Virus record (IMG/VR): IMGVR_UViG_3300027996_003878
Length of the DNA stretch: 64,000 nt
From: a virus
Taxonomy: Duplodnaviria; Caudoviricetes
Reading direction: 5' to 3' (one strand)
Shown here: positions 17,960-27,509 of the stretch, piece after piece
How positions within the stretch are numbered: position 1 is the stretch's first letter
Layout: every line of letters begins with the position of its first letter
Program-made: the position numbers and the translations under genes
The notes under the pieces: model-generated
Database searches by the model: none
The model's input: only the letters and a program-made list of their open reading frames with translations
What the model was told of the DNA's origin: nothing

Positions 17960-18481
17960 TCAGTCAGCGGGTGAGATGTTTTCTAGTGCAGATATTTCGA
18001 TAATCTTAGGAGCAGGCGTGCTTCTTTTTTTATCTGATCTTGGACTCACTTCATGCGTGAAAATAAAATAAGCCGCAATATCGCTATTCTCCAAATAATT
18101 AGCAACGCCACACCAACCGTTAAATACAGCTTCTTTGCGAACGCCATTAAAACGAAGATCTGCAAGGTTCATTTTTACACTTGCGCGCTTTTTAACCTTG
18201 CTTGCAGAGCCACCCTTCTTATCAAAGAACGGACCATAAACAACTTGAGGCTCGACATTCCATTTTTCCACAAAAATATCTACGACATTCTTTTTAGAAA
18301 AATTATCGTTTTCGTTGTCCTTTAGCTTGTCTTTATAATCTATAGAGCGATATCTTTCAGAAACCAGCTCGTTATTGATTAACGATGAACAAACCCAAAT
18401 AACCGGGCGCGACCCCTTCGGCGCCCCTCTTTTTTTCTTTTGAATATTTTCAGATTCAGTTGAATTTTCAATTTGATTCAT
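17960..18481 (-). CDS. Hypothetical protein
   Basis: 173 aa ORF downstream of a sigma70-type promoter. Confidence 0.7.
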   Translation of the reverse strand: MNQIENSTESENIQKKKRGAPKGSRPVIWVCSSLINNELVSERYRSIDYKDKLKDNENDNFSKKNVVDIFVEKWNVEPQVVYGPFFDKKGGSASKVKKRASVKMNLADLRFNGVRKEAVFNGWCGVANYLENSDIAAYFIFTHEVSPRSDKKRSTPAPKIIEISALENISPAD

Positions 18482-18580
18482 TTAATTATTACCCTACCCC
18501 TGAACTTTTATTTAGTAACGTAATATTAATAATTTAAAAAAATTACTAAATAATTGTTCAGCGTTTCTTTGTACCTGAAG

Positions 18581-18609
18581 ATATTAAGCACCGCTCAAAA
18601 AGATGTCAA
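18581..18609 (-). promoter_or_regulatory. Sigma70-type promoter
   Basis: TTGACA-N17-TAATAT on the minus strand. Confidence 0.65.
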
Positions 18610-18746
18610 GAGAATGTAGTGAGATGTAGCAAAATAATCCAAAAAGCCCAGTTTTATTGAAAATTAACGAATAAAACCAATAACTTGTTAGTGTTTTGTC
18701 AATGTTCTGCAAAACCAATGACAAAGAGGAAAAAGAAACAACGATC

Positions 18747-19073
18747 TTACTTTTTTTTAAAAAAGTCTTTTTTCTCTCTAATTAAATTACTGAACTCAGA
18801 GTCAGGTATAAATTTGGTACTATTAAAGCTTTCAACATATTTTGCCTCATCTGAGAATGGTAATTTTGCAGAATGTCCATGAAATACGTAATTAAATAAT
18901 GTTCCAAAATTTTTTATGTATATAGCATTGTTATTCAATAATTCATTTTCTAAAAAATTGGAAATTATTCTACAAGAATCAATCAAATATTTTTTTGGCA
19001 CTTGGCCGTCCAACTTTTCGTATAGAATATTCACCAGCTTAGTTCTATTGATTCTCAAGATTCTCCTTTTCAA
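18747..19073 (-). CDS. HU/IHF-family DNA-binding protein
   Basis: INRTKLVNIL...IYIKNFGTL...KFIPDSEF. Confidence 0.8.
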   Translation of the reverse strand: MKRRILRINRTKLVNILYEKLDGQVPKKYLIDSCRIISNFLENELLNNNAIYIKNFGTLFNYVFHGHSAKLPFSDEAKYVESFNSTKFIPDSEFSNLIREKKDFFKKK

Positions 19074-19230
19074 TTAACTTCAATCTTGCATAAAGCTCTT
19101 CTCTAAGGGGGATGATTTTAGTATCAAGCGTGCGAACCTCCCTCATAAGTAGATCTTTTAATTTTCTTAATTTTTTTAATTCATGCTCTATATCTTCACA
19201 TGTGCAATCTTCAATATTTTTAAATTTCAT
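19045..19230 (-). CDS. Small coiled-coil hypothetical protein
   Basis: 61 aa heptad-rich ORF. Confidence 0.55.
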   Translation of the reverse strand: MKFKNIEDCTCEDIEHELKKLRKLKDLLMREVRTLDTKIIPLREELYARLKLIEKENLENQ

Positions 19231-19242
19231 TTAATGAAATAT

Positions 19243-19725
19243 TTATGCCAATGGTCGTTTATCCCAATTTTCACCCTTAACAATCGGGCGGCTAACATTA
19301 TCCTCAATGCGAGTTATTATACCATGCCTCCACAGCCACTTTATGGCGGTATAAGACACCTTATTCTCCTTGACGCTAGTAACCTCATCCATAATATCTC
19401 TTGGGGTCACATAAGAAGGGTGCTTTTCTTCAATAAATGTACAAATTTTTGCACACAAATTTCTCATATAATCATCAAGCTTATTTTCAGGAATATTAAA
19501 ATCTAAAGCCGGAGATCTGCCCTCCTCGGCCCCTCTAGCCTTACCGCCTAAAGTTCTGACAATTGAATTAAGCTTTAATTGACGATTTCGAAGCTTTTCT
19601 ATTTCAAATATTTCATTATCAATATCTTTAATTTCTTTCTTAGCACACTCACAGATTTCATGCGGCGCTTTTTTACCAATACTAATACACTCATTCATAT
19701 ACTCTAAAAGAAAACTATCAGACAT
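19243..19725 (-). CDS. Hypothetical protein (coiled coil plus possible winged helix)
   Basis: VTPRDIMDEV...YTAIKWLWRHGIITR pattern. Confidence 0.65.
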   Translation of the reverse strand: MSDSFLLEYMNECISIGKKAPHEICECAKKEIKDIDNEIFEIEKLRNRQLKLNSIVRTLGGKARGAEEGRSPALDFNIPENKLDDYMRNLCAKICTFIEEKHPSYVTPRDIMDEVTSVKENKVSYTAIKWLWRHGIITRIEDNVSRPIVKGENWDKRPLA

Positions 19726-19743
19726 TTTTCCTCCAAAAAAAAG

Positions 19744-20244
19744 TTAGCTCAACTCAGCAAGTTTAAAAATAGATTCATAAAGATAAGGACAATCGTTACA
19801 AGAAGACCATTCTATACCTAAATAATTAAACCTATCAATCACAGATAAAACATTAGCTTGCGTGAATGTATCAACATCAAACCACATTTCTTTATTTTCA
19901 TCCAGAACGATGAATTTGTTATCTACAGACCCATCGGGTAGATTAAAATCACAACTCAAAGCCATTATTTTAGAATCATCCAAGCAAATCCCAAAAAGAA
20001 ACTCGGAACTGTCATCAATAGATAAATCAACGAGACACCCATGAAATATAGAGTCCCCGAGATCTATCCTAGCTGTATAAACAGCATGAGCTACGTCACC
20101 AGAACCATCGTATGTTAATACCAACTCTTGGTTTGGCAACCGAAAAGTTGGATCAGCCAGCCCGCGACCACTAACCCCCTTAGCGCTAACCCCTACGCAA
20201 TTTAAAATATGCTTAATTATTTCATTCTTTAAAAAATGATTCAT
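19744..20244 (-). CDS. Hypothetical protein
   Basis: 166 aa ORF. Confidence 0.7.
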   Translation of the reverse strand: MNHFLKNEIIKHILNCVGVSAKGVSGRGLADPTFRLPNQELVLTYDGSGDVAHAVYTARIDLGDSIFHGCLVDLSIDDSSEFLFGICLDDSKIMALSCDFNLPDGSVDNKFIVLDENKEMWFDVDTFTQANVLSVIDRFNYLGIEWSSCNDCPYLYESIFKLAELS

Positions 20245-20567
20245 AACTTGATTTTGAAATTAGCCAACAATGACTGGAGACTATCACTAACAATGCCAAA
20301 TGAGCCCTTAAAACCTGAAAGGTTTTGTATTTTCGGAAGCTTATCTAACTCCTCTGAAATAAAAGACTGATAGTCAAAATCATCCCCAGCCAGCTTCCGT
20401 CTTGCCAATTCCTGCATACATTCTAGAGCAAACTCTCGATTCATTCCTAATGATTTATATATTATCACTTGAGATGCTAAAAACTTAGAATCGCTCTCAC
20501 TGATTCTTTTTATTGCATCTTCAATAGATTTTTTTAAAAAAGTACCCTCGGAGCTATCTTCATTCAT
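20241..20567 (-). CDS. Hypothetical protein
   Basis: 108 aa ORF, coupled to both neighbours. Confidence 0.7.
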   Translation of the reverse strand: MNEDSSEGTFLKKSIEDAIKRISESDSKFLASQVIIYKSLGMNREFALECMQELARRKLAGDDFDYQSFISEELDKLPKIQNLSGFKGSFGIVSDSLQSLLANFKIKL

Positions 20568-20871
20568 TTAGTTTATCCATCAAACCTTTGTGCGGATCAA
20601 ATTTTGCAAAAACTTGAACTTTATTACCAGTAACAAGAGGGCTTGATACATAAAAAGAGCCAAACCCACGCAATGAAACAACGTCACCCTTTAACATAGA
20701 AGTCCGTATTTCTTGAAAAAATGACCTTATAATAACCTTGCATAAATCCATAGAAATATTAGAATTGGCATGTAACTTAAACACCAACTCATCAAGTCCG
20801 TCCAAAGTTACAGCTCTACCGTCATATATCGAGCCAATAAAATCATCAATATCTGGATAAAATTCATTCAT
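20560..20871 (-). CDS. Second HU/IHF-family protein
   Basis: LDELVFKLH...IIRSFFQEIRTSMLKGDVVSLRGFGSF...KFDP. Confidence 0.85.
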   Translation of the reverse strand: MNEFYPDIDDFIGSIYDGRAVTLDGLDELVFKLHANSNISMDLCKVIIRSFFQEIRTSMLKGDVVSLRGFGSFYVSSPLVTGNKVQVFAKFDPHKGLMDKLNE

Positions 20872-21002
20872 ATTAACGATATAATAAAACCTCGTAAATC
20901 ATATATAACGTAAAAATGCTGAAAGTAATCAAAAAAATAAAGTACCGATACTTACAGCAAGGTGATTAATTAAAAATTAATCTTTTAATAAAGAGCAGAA
21001 TT

Positions 21003-21929
21003 ATGGATATTGTTATTGAACGTGGCAAAGTTGTTGATATTGAAACTCTGCCAGAATTCTCTATTGCTCTTGACGGTTATGTTCAAGGCCCCAGAATCGA
21101 TTCAAAACACAAAAGATATAGTTTCGATCATCACGGAGACTGCATTCGCTTTTGCACCACTTCAGCCTGCATGCAAACTTGGACCGCAATACTCTTAGGT
21201 CTAAATCCCCAAGATTACACAGTATTTGCAAATGATATCGATGCTGATGTCTGCGTCAGCGTATGGTGCCTAAAAAACCCCGAAAGATGCACAGAGCCAC
21301 TAGTGAAGAAGCTCGTAGATGCCGTTGGCATAGGCGACATGCACGGAGGGGCGCTAACAAGTAATGGAATGACCAAAACGGTCGAATGGATTAGCGCTCC
21401 AGAAACTGATTCAAAAAGAAACAACGATTACCACAAGCTATCCAATGACGGCCTCGGTACTATTATGGAGTCGGTTCTCCATCGAATTGACATGTACGTC
21501 AACGGAGAGGCTTCGGCAGAAATAGCAAAGCAGGCAAAGCACGGAGAGTATAAAATTCTCAGAAATGAAAATAACTGGGTCTTAGCAGAGTCTCAGGACC
21601 CTCATGCGCTATCTTCTCTTTATCAAGGTGGTTTTGATCGTATTTTGCTAACAAGGCCTCAAGAAGACGGCTCTATCGCCGTAACAATCGCAAAGAGGAG
21701 CGACTTTATAAGCAGCTTCCCAATAACTAAAATGTATGATGAGCTTAACAAATTAGAAGATGGCTGGGGAGGAAGCTCAATTATTGGTGGTGCGCCAAGA
21801 AATGATGATGGCTCAAGAACTAGATTATCTTTAGATAAGATTTGTGAAATAATTGATAACTGCGTGCTCAATAAAAAAGTTCAAAGCGTAACAAAAAGAT
21901 CTAAAAAAACAAGATCAAAAAAAAGCTAA
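21003..21929 (+). CDS. DHH-family phosphoesterase-like protein
   Basis: ALDG, FDHH, NDIDAD motifs, GWGG near the C-terminus. Confidence 0.6.
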   Translation: MDIVIERGKVVDIETLPEFSIALDGYVQGPRIDSKHKRYSFDHHGDCIRFCTTSACMQTWTAILLGLNPQDYTVFANDIDADVCVSVWCLKNPERCTEPLVKKLVDAVGIGDMHGGALTSNGMTKTVEWISAPETDSKRNNDYHKLSNDGLGTIMESVLHRIDMYVNGEASAEIAKQAKHGEYKILRNENNWVLAESQDPHALSSLYQGGFDRILLTRPQEDGSIAVTIAKRSDFISSFPITKMYDELNKLEDGWGGSSIIGGAPRNDDGSRTRLSLDKICEIIDNCVLNKKVQSVTKRSKKTRSKKS

Positions 21930-21933
21930 AGAA

Positions 21934-22593
21934 TTATATTAAAGTAGATTCTATACGATTCTGATTAAAGATTTGAACACACAAGCGCCCAGTTTTCTCA
22001 GGCCGAGTATTTATATTACAAGAATATGAGTAATACTTTGGAAGGCCGTCAGAGTCAGAGCTACCTCCACTTACCACATAACCAAACCTGCCATCATAAT
22101 AATGATGCCATGACTTAGAGCTTACCTCTGCCTCCTTGTCCGGCAAGATATCATTTACAAAGCAAGAATCTATATCATTTGAAATATTGTACCAAGAAGA
22201 ATTGGGCTTAATTCCCCCGTGAAGTACAGTCACGCTGTTAGTTGAATTAAATGAAAACCCCACAACTAAAGGCTGTTTCTCCATCCAAAGAACAAGATCA
22301 GTTATTTCTCTTCTCTCCCTCGCCTTTCTAATGTGAGCCAATTCATTCACACCGCGAACAAAAAATACTTTACCAGACTTTTGTAAATCAATTATTTTTT
22401 TATAAATAGAAATATCTTCAATAGTGTAATCTACACTGGAAGCATTTCCAACAAAGCATATATAATTATCCCTCAACAAAGAATCTAAAGAACCCAACAA
22501 GCCCAGCTTTTTAAAAAAAAGCTGGGCTTGTCCATTTATATTACCAAAAACAATTAACTTGCCATTATTTAAAATATCAACCTTACCAAGCAT
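21934..22593 (-). CDS. Second degenerate metallophosphoesterase homologue
   Basis: FGNING (vs GDIHG), VGNASS (vs GDLVDRG), RGVNE (vs GNHE), LHGGI. Confidence 0.7.
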   Translation of the reverse strand: MLGKVDILNNGKLIVFGNINGQAQLFFKKLGLLGSLDSLLRDNYICFVGNASSVDYTIEDISIYKKIIDLQKSGKVFFVRGVNELAHIRKARERREITDLVLWMEKQPLVVGFSFNSTNSVTVLHGGIKPNSSWYNISNDIDSCFVNDILPDKEAEVSSKSWHHYYDGRFGYVVSGGSSDSDGLPKYYSYSCNINTRPEKTGRLCVQIFNQNRIESTLI

Positions 22594-22596
22594 ACA

Positions 22597-23328
22597 TCAA
22601 AATTTATAAGGAGTTAAAAATCCAATTTCTTCGGTAAATTGCCTCGCCATTTTCTCTTCAAGACTTTGCGCCTTGTACCCAAGCTTATGGTACAATCCGT
22701 ATTTATAACTAAGCGCATGATAAAGCTCATGAGCAAAAGCATGATGAAACTCATTCACTCTAATTTTCGCCTTCCCAAACCGAATTACGGTGCGATGTTT
22801 ATTCAACACGTCATTTCTTACATAAAGATGGCTTGATTGCCTAGAATAATAACCCCAAAGATTACCTTTACCCAACGATTTTGCCCTCTCACGAAAGCGA
22901 TACTTATAATCGTTCAAATTTCTGGCAGATCGACCTCCATCATAACTAGCAAAGGGAAGAAGAGAGACATCTATTCTTGAAGGGAGTTCATATTTATATT
23001 TATTAGACGAAACTCTTTTAATATTCAATCTAACTTTGTATTTTTTGATAAAGTGGGCAACCACATAGTTACAAGTCGCATTTAACTCTTTAACACTATG
23101 ATACGTTCTCTTTGAAATATTATACTCAATATTTGACGGACGCCACTCCACAATACGTACATTCTTACACAAATATTTAAGTTTAATTGTTTTTCGCAAA
23201 CGCTCCGATGGCATTGTCTCCTCCATACAGAAAGACTTTGACTTAAAAGTACAAGCATCCAATGCAAAAGAGTTATTTGAAAAAGAAATAACACTCAAAG
23301 CTACAAATAAAAAATAAAAAATTCTCAT
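22597..23328 (-). CDS. Secreted zincin-like metalloprotease candidate
   Basis: Signal-peptide-like N-terminus; FAHELYHA (HExxH). Confidence 0.5.
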   Translation of the reverse strand: MRIFYFLFVALSVISFSNNSFALDACTFKSKSFCMEETMPSERLRKTIKLKYLCKNVRIVEWRPSNIEYNISKRTYHSVKELNATCNYVVAHFIKKYKVRLNIKRVSSNKYKYELPSRIDVSLLPFASYDGGRSARNLNDYKYRFRERAKSLGKGNLWGYYSRQSSHLYVRNDVLNKHRTVIRFGKAKIRVNEFHHAFAHELYHALSYKYGLYHKLGYKAQSLEEKMARQFTEEIGFLTPYKF

Positions 23329-23375
23329 GAATATAATATAACTATTGTTATTTACATGTCAATATTAAATCGTTA

Positions 23376-23666
23376 CTAAATGGCTTTTTTTCTTTCTTTT
23401 TCAATCCGAGAGCTTTGCCAGTGCCAAATTGTTTTTTGTAGCTCCGAGTAAGAATTTATATTTAAATTTGAAGAAAGAAAGCAAATAATCATAACAATTT
23501 CGCCATAAACTACTCCGATAGCCTCCTCAGACAACTCACCGCTGATAAGCTCACTGATAAGATTGTTGAGCCTGGCCGCGCTATCCAGAAGTGATAGATT
23601 GTGCTTTTCAGCCTCACGCTCAGCTTCCTCCCACAAAACCTCAAAATGCTTCAAATTAGACCTCAC
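23376..23666 (-). CDS. Hypothetical protein, possibly MazG-like all-alpha fold
   Basis: WEEAERE and YGEIVMIICFLSSNLNINSYSEL loosely resemble MazG LGDVLF...ID.E.AL. Confidence 0.4.
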   Translation of the reverse strand: MRSNLKHFEVLWEEAEREAEKHNLSLLDSAARLNNLISELISGELSEEAIGVVYGEIVMIICFLSSNLNINSYSELQKTIWHWQSSRIEKERKKAI

Positions 23667-23670
23667 AAAT

Positions 23671-23708
23671 AAAAAACCCTTGTTTTTTTATAACAAGGGT
23701 TTTATTTT
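23671..23708. terminator. Bidirectional terminator
   Basis: 12-bp stem AAAACCCTTGTT/AACAAGGGTTTT. Confidence 0.75.
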
Positions 23709-23730
23709 TCTTTATTATTTATACGCCGCT

Positions 23731-24342
23731 TCACCTTGCAATGCTATAAACATAAGATCCTCGTGTTCCATCGACAACAATATCACCACGCTTTTTCAAT
23801 TGAAACAAATAACTATTAAGCATAGATCTTTTAATATCTACCTTTTGCTGTTTTAGGTAGGACTCAAGATCTCCAGCGGAGATGCCTTTATTATGACTGC
23901 CAATGGCGCTCAAAACAGCTGAAGTTTTTGTATTAGCACGTTTTTTAGACTTCGGCTTAGCCTTATTAACATGACTTTTTACCAACCCCTTAGTCTCTTG
24001 AGGGCGCTTATTTTCTTGAGGGCGCTTGCTAGCAGGAGCTGAATCAATATCAGATGACTTTGATCGATTTTTTGACTTACGATTCAAGGACTTATTATTG
24101 TCACTAAAATTAAATGCGTCTACAACATTACGCAATTCATAATAACTTTTTTCAGCTTGAATCATTTTTCGCTGAAGATGCCCTTCAATCAAATTTCTAA
24201 ACTTTTCATCATTCTGAATCATTTCATTCAAAAGAGCTACCTGGTTTTTGGTCAATTGCTTCATAGTTTTCCTTATCATTAAAAAGATTTTGGCCTTATT
24301 TAAAGGCCGCTTACAGAGAGTATAATAATAACAAAAATACAC
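23731..24342 (-). CDS. Basic protein with C-terminal winged-helix-like domain (start probably downstream of 24342)
   Basis: VLSAIGSHNKGISAGDL...LFQLKKRGDIV. Confidence 0.65.
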   Translation of the reverse strand: MYFCYYYTLCKRPLNKAKIFLMIRKTMKQLTKNQVALLNEMIQNDEKFRNLIEGHLQRKMIQAEKSYYELRNVVDAFNFSDNNKSLNRKSKNRSKSSDIDSAPASKRPQENKRPQETKGLVKSHVNKAKPKSKKRANTKTSAVLSAIGSHNKGISAGDLESYLKQQKVDIKRSMLNSYLFQLKKRGDIVVDGTRGSYVYSIAR

Positions 24343-24366
24343 AAGTCAATAGCATTACTTGTAAAA

Positions 24367-24397
24367 AAATAAAAAAGCCTCAATAAAACATTGAGGC
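24367..24397 (-). terminator. Rho-independent terminator
   Basis: 8-bp stem GCCTCAAT/ATTGAGGC with a U-tract on the minus strand. Confidence 0.8.
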
Positions 24398-24430
24398 CTT
24401 TAAATTTATGATTTAAAATAAATAATACCT

Positions 24431-24973
24431 TTAGTAGTCCTTAGGGTAGTCTCTGAAATTATTGAAGCTATCATTAAAGTCACGACCCGATTGGTAATCA
24501 AAACCATCAGATCCGCGATTATAATCACCACCTCGAACTACAACATCATAATTACTACGATTATAATTTTGACGTGAACGATGAGGTCGGTTGTACTCCT
24601 TAATCGGACCTACAACCTGCAATTCCTCACAGCCATCCTTACTTGTGAAGATGATAAAGATCATTCCTTTGCTGCAATCAATTGCACCTCGAAACATCAA
24701 CTTTCCAACATAAAACTTTTTCCCATACTTATCTTTTCTGGAGTCAAGGCTAACTCTAACCCTATCATTTCTTTTCGAATATTTGGAGAATGTTGTATTA
24801 TCATTATTTATAGTTGCAACCTGCAACTCCTCCTCACCATCTTCAGAAAGAAAAATCAAAAACGTCACACCGTCAGAGCAATTAATCGATCCAGGAAACT
24901 GAAGCTTCCCTAAATGAAACATACTACCGTTTTTATCTTCTCTTGGATGTAATTCTACTTTCATATTAACCAT
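24431..24973 (-). CDS. Hypothetical protein with a tandem-duplicated beta domain and an R/G/N/D/Y-rich tail
   Basis: Two copies of R.DK.G..F..GKL.F.G.I.CS.G..F.IF.S.DG.EELQV. Confidence 0.8.
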   Translation of the reverse strand: MVNMKVELHPREDKNGSMFHLGKLQFPGSINCSDGVTFLIFLSEDGEEELQVATINNDNTTFSKYSKRNDRVRVSLDSRKDKYGKKFYVGKLMFRGAIDCSKGMIFIIFTSKDGCEELQVVGPIKEYNRPHRSRQNYNRSNYDVVVRGGDYNRGSDGFDYQSGRDFNDSFNNFRDYPKDY

Positions 24974-25050
24974 AATACCTATCCTATTTTTTTTAATTTA
25001 ACTAATTGCCTAAATAATAATCCTTGCAACAAACAATCAAGGCTACGTAT

Positions 25051-25079
25051 ATAATAACCTTAAAGGCATTCCTAGTCAA
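25051..25079 (-). promoter_or_regulatory. Sigma70-type promoter
   Basis: TTGACT-N17-TATTAT. Confidence 0.65.
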
Positions 25080-25206
25080 GTGCAGCGTAAACCCCTAGAA
25101 TCATTGAAAAAAAATAAAGGTGTAATAAAAACATTGTAAGTTGCAATAAATCTTTATTTATAATTAAAATTATAATTAACAAAAATATATGAAATTATTA
25201 ATATTT

Positions 25207-26010
25207 TTATTTTTCATTGAATAGATTTTTCGCTCTAAATACGTCATAACCATTAAGCAATATATTATATATAAAATCTTTGTCATCTAAAAAGACTGGT
25301 ATGTCGCTATCAAGCGTCCATTTATTTTTTTTTAATTCCTTATTATTGTTATTGATTAATGTTGGTACTTTATAAGCCGCTGTACCTCGAACAAAGCTAG
25401 TCGGGTATAAATTGTAAAAATTAATATCACAAATTTCAAACAACAAATCTATTTTTTCTTCAACTGTCTTTCCGCTAATTAATCTTTCAGCTTCATGTCT
25501 GCCATAAACATCTGATATGTAATAAAAGCAAGAGTCATAAATTATTGATCTAATAGACTTCTGTTGCCTGTACATTAGATAATTGTAAACCTCAGCCAAA
25601 GACGGTAATGCAAATGCCTTTGAATAGAAGGCCACATCACCAGAATTACTTAAATCTGCCCTACACTTATTGAGTGACTTAATAAACCCTAGCGTAACCA
25701 AGCTTGCTGATATTGAAGATATTTTTTGAACGTTATTTTGATACCAAGAGTCATTGTCATTTTTAATGATTAAATTAATCTCATCATAACATTGTAATAC
25801 AAAAACTGCGCTTTGAACGTTAGTAGCCAAAAAAAGAGAAGCATCACCCATGCATTCCATTAGAAATGCATCAAACGAGCCATATTCTAAATCAAATATC
25901 TTTTTTAAATTTCTTGCTTGTATTCTTATAGCTAAAGGTAGTCCGCTTGTAATTTTATAATCATAACAGTCCTCATAAATTAACTGTCTTTTAGCTAGTG
26001 ATAATGACAT
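25207..26010 (-). CDS. tRNA-His guanylyltransferase (Thg1/TLP)-like protein, active site partly degenerate
   Basis: IRIQARNL (vs IRLDGR.F), QCYDEI (vs QSDEI), VQKISSISAS, EVYNYLMYRQ. Confidence 0.8.
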   Translation of the reverse strand: MSLSLAKRQLIYEDCYDYKITSGLPLAIRIQARNLKKIFDLEYGSFDAFLMECMGDASLFLATNVQSAVFVLQCYDEINLIIKNDNDSWYQNNVQKISSISASLVTLGFIKSLNKCRADLSNSGDVAFYSKAFALPSLAEVYNYLMYRQQKSIRSIIYDSCFYYISDVYGRHEAERLISGKTVEEKIDLLFEICDINFYNLYPTSFVRGTAAYKVPTLINNNNKELKKNKWTLDSDIPVFLDDKDFIYNILLNGYDVFRAKNLFNEK

Positions 26011-26012
26011 TT

Positions 26013-26591
26013 TTAAAATTTAGAATCTAGTAATTTTATAAAAGAATTTATACTACCCAGCTTATTGACTGGGATGCTTATACCAAGATGACCTCCTGTT
26101 CTAGGAATCTCGATAATTTTTTCACAATAATCATTCCAAATCTTGCTATTTCGAGCGCACCACCCTGCAATGTGAAAGTGGGGTTCAAAAAAACCATCAT
26201 TAAACTTTGGCTCTTTCAAATGAATAAAAACCTGAATGTAAGCATCAATTTCTTTTGTAATTTCTTCCTTTTTTATAAAAAGGTTCAAATTATCACGGTA
26301 AGGATAATAGCTACTAGTTTTTATATTAATAAGCTTTGTTGCATTATTAACCTTTACTACTAAATCTGATTCGTCGCCCGTCCCTACACAAAATTCAATG
26401 CTACACTTTTTATGCTGGCGACTTAAAATATCAAAGATTAGCAAGCTTCCAATCAAATCTAAAAGATCACCCTCACCGCGCTCTTGATCTTGAGTCTCAT
26501 TAAATCCAGAATACCTTTTATGCGGAGTATAATTTAAATAAGTATATTGAGCGTAGTCTAAAATTTGAGAAGGAATTATATTTTCATTCAT
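26013..26591 (-). CDS. PD-(D/E)xK nuclease-like hypothetical protein
   Basis: GDESD...INIKT resembles D...(D/E)xK with Asn in the second acidic position. Confidence 0.4.
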   Translation of the reverse strand: MNENIIPSQILDYAQYTYLNYTPHKRYSGFNETQDQERGEGDLLDLIGSLLIFDILSRQHKKCSIEFCVGTGDESDLVVKVNNATKLINIKTSSYYPYRDNLNLFIKKEEITKEIDAYIQVFIHLKEPKFNDGFFEPHFHIAGWCARNSKIWNDYCEKIIEIPRTGGHLGISIPVNKLGSINSFIKLLDSKF

Positions 26592-26653
26592 GATAAATAA
26601 TTGTAAGTGAGAGCTTTAAACCCTCACTTATACAAAATAATTAAAATTAAAAT

Positions 26654-26899
26654 CTAAACTTCAAAGTTTAGATTTATATCTAAATCGTTATTATCAACAG
26701 TTAACTTATCATTCAGAACAAACCATTGATCAAGATTACACCGCATAGCCATTACTGCTCTATCTGAGCAACGATACAATGTGTTATTAACCTCTGGTTC
26801 TTCGCTATGCAGAGCCTCTAGCGCGGAAAGTATATCGTAATGATGACTCAAAACTTCACCAGAAAACGACTCAATCTCAAAATTAATCTTACTGCTCAT
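26654..26899 (-). CDS. Hypothetical protein
   Basis: 81 aa ORF with SD-like GGGGAG upstream. Confidence 0.65.
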   Translation of the reverse strand: MSSKINFEIESFSGEVLSHHYDILSALEALHSEEPEVNNTLYRCSDRAVMAMRCNLDQWFVLNDKLTVDNNDLDINLNFEV

Positions 26900-27063
26900 T
26901 TAAACTCCCCGTTTATTCGCACACATCAGCGTTGATGAGACATCAACCCCTTTAAGGTTATACAAAGCAAGGAAAAAGTCAAACAAAAACGAACAAATCA
27001 CAGCACAATGAACAGGTTATCAACAGCTTAAATTATACATAAACAAGAGATATATAAAAATAC

Positions 27064-27321
27064 ATGAGACTTAATGCATTATTTATGCTAACTATCTTGC
27101 TAAGCGGTTGCAACTTTGGTAATTTTCATCTTGAGTATATAGCAAATAGAAAATTCGAATATTGTATACTGTTAGACATGGCGCAAAAAATAAATGATGG
27201 CGAAAAATTAGGTTGCTGGATAAAATGGCTATACTACAATTATGAGCATGCCAGCGAAGAAAGAAAAAAATATGGAGCAAAGAGGGTTAATGATATTTAC
27301 TCCATAATTAAATTCAAATAG
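27064..27321 (+). CDS. Putative lipoprotein
   Basis: Lipobox-like LLSGC after a hydrophobic stretch. Confidence 0.45.
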   Translation: MRLNALFMLTILLSGCNFGNFHLEYIANRKFEYCILLDMAQKINDGEKLGCWIKWLYYNYEHASEERKKYGAKRVNDIYSIIKFK

Positions 27322-27505
27322 ATCTAATTCTACCTGTAGCTATACCTTCTCCATTCAAGGTGTCAATAATATTATTGATAATAGCGCCGACAAGCAATAA
27401 TTGCCCGGATAATTCATCACAATCAATTAAATTATCGTTCAAGTAGTCAATTTTAGATTTTAAATCACCAAGCTCTTTAGCAATATTTTTTTTAGAGCCA
27501 AGCAT
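27314..27505 (-). CDS. Hypothetical small protein
   Basis: 63 aa ORF. Confidence 0.5.
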   Translation of the reverse strand: MLGSKKNIAKELGDLKSKIDYLNDNLIDCDELSGQLLLVGAIINNIIDTLNGEGIATGRIRSI

Positions 27506-27509
27506 ATAA

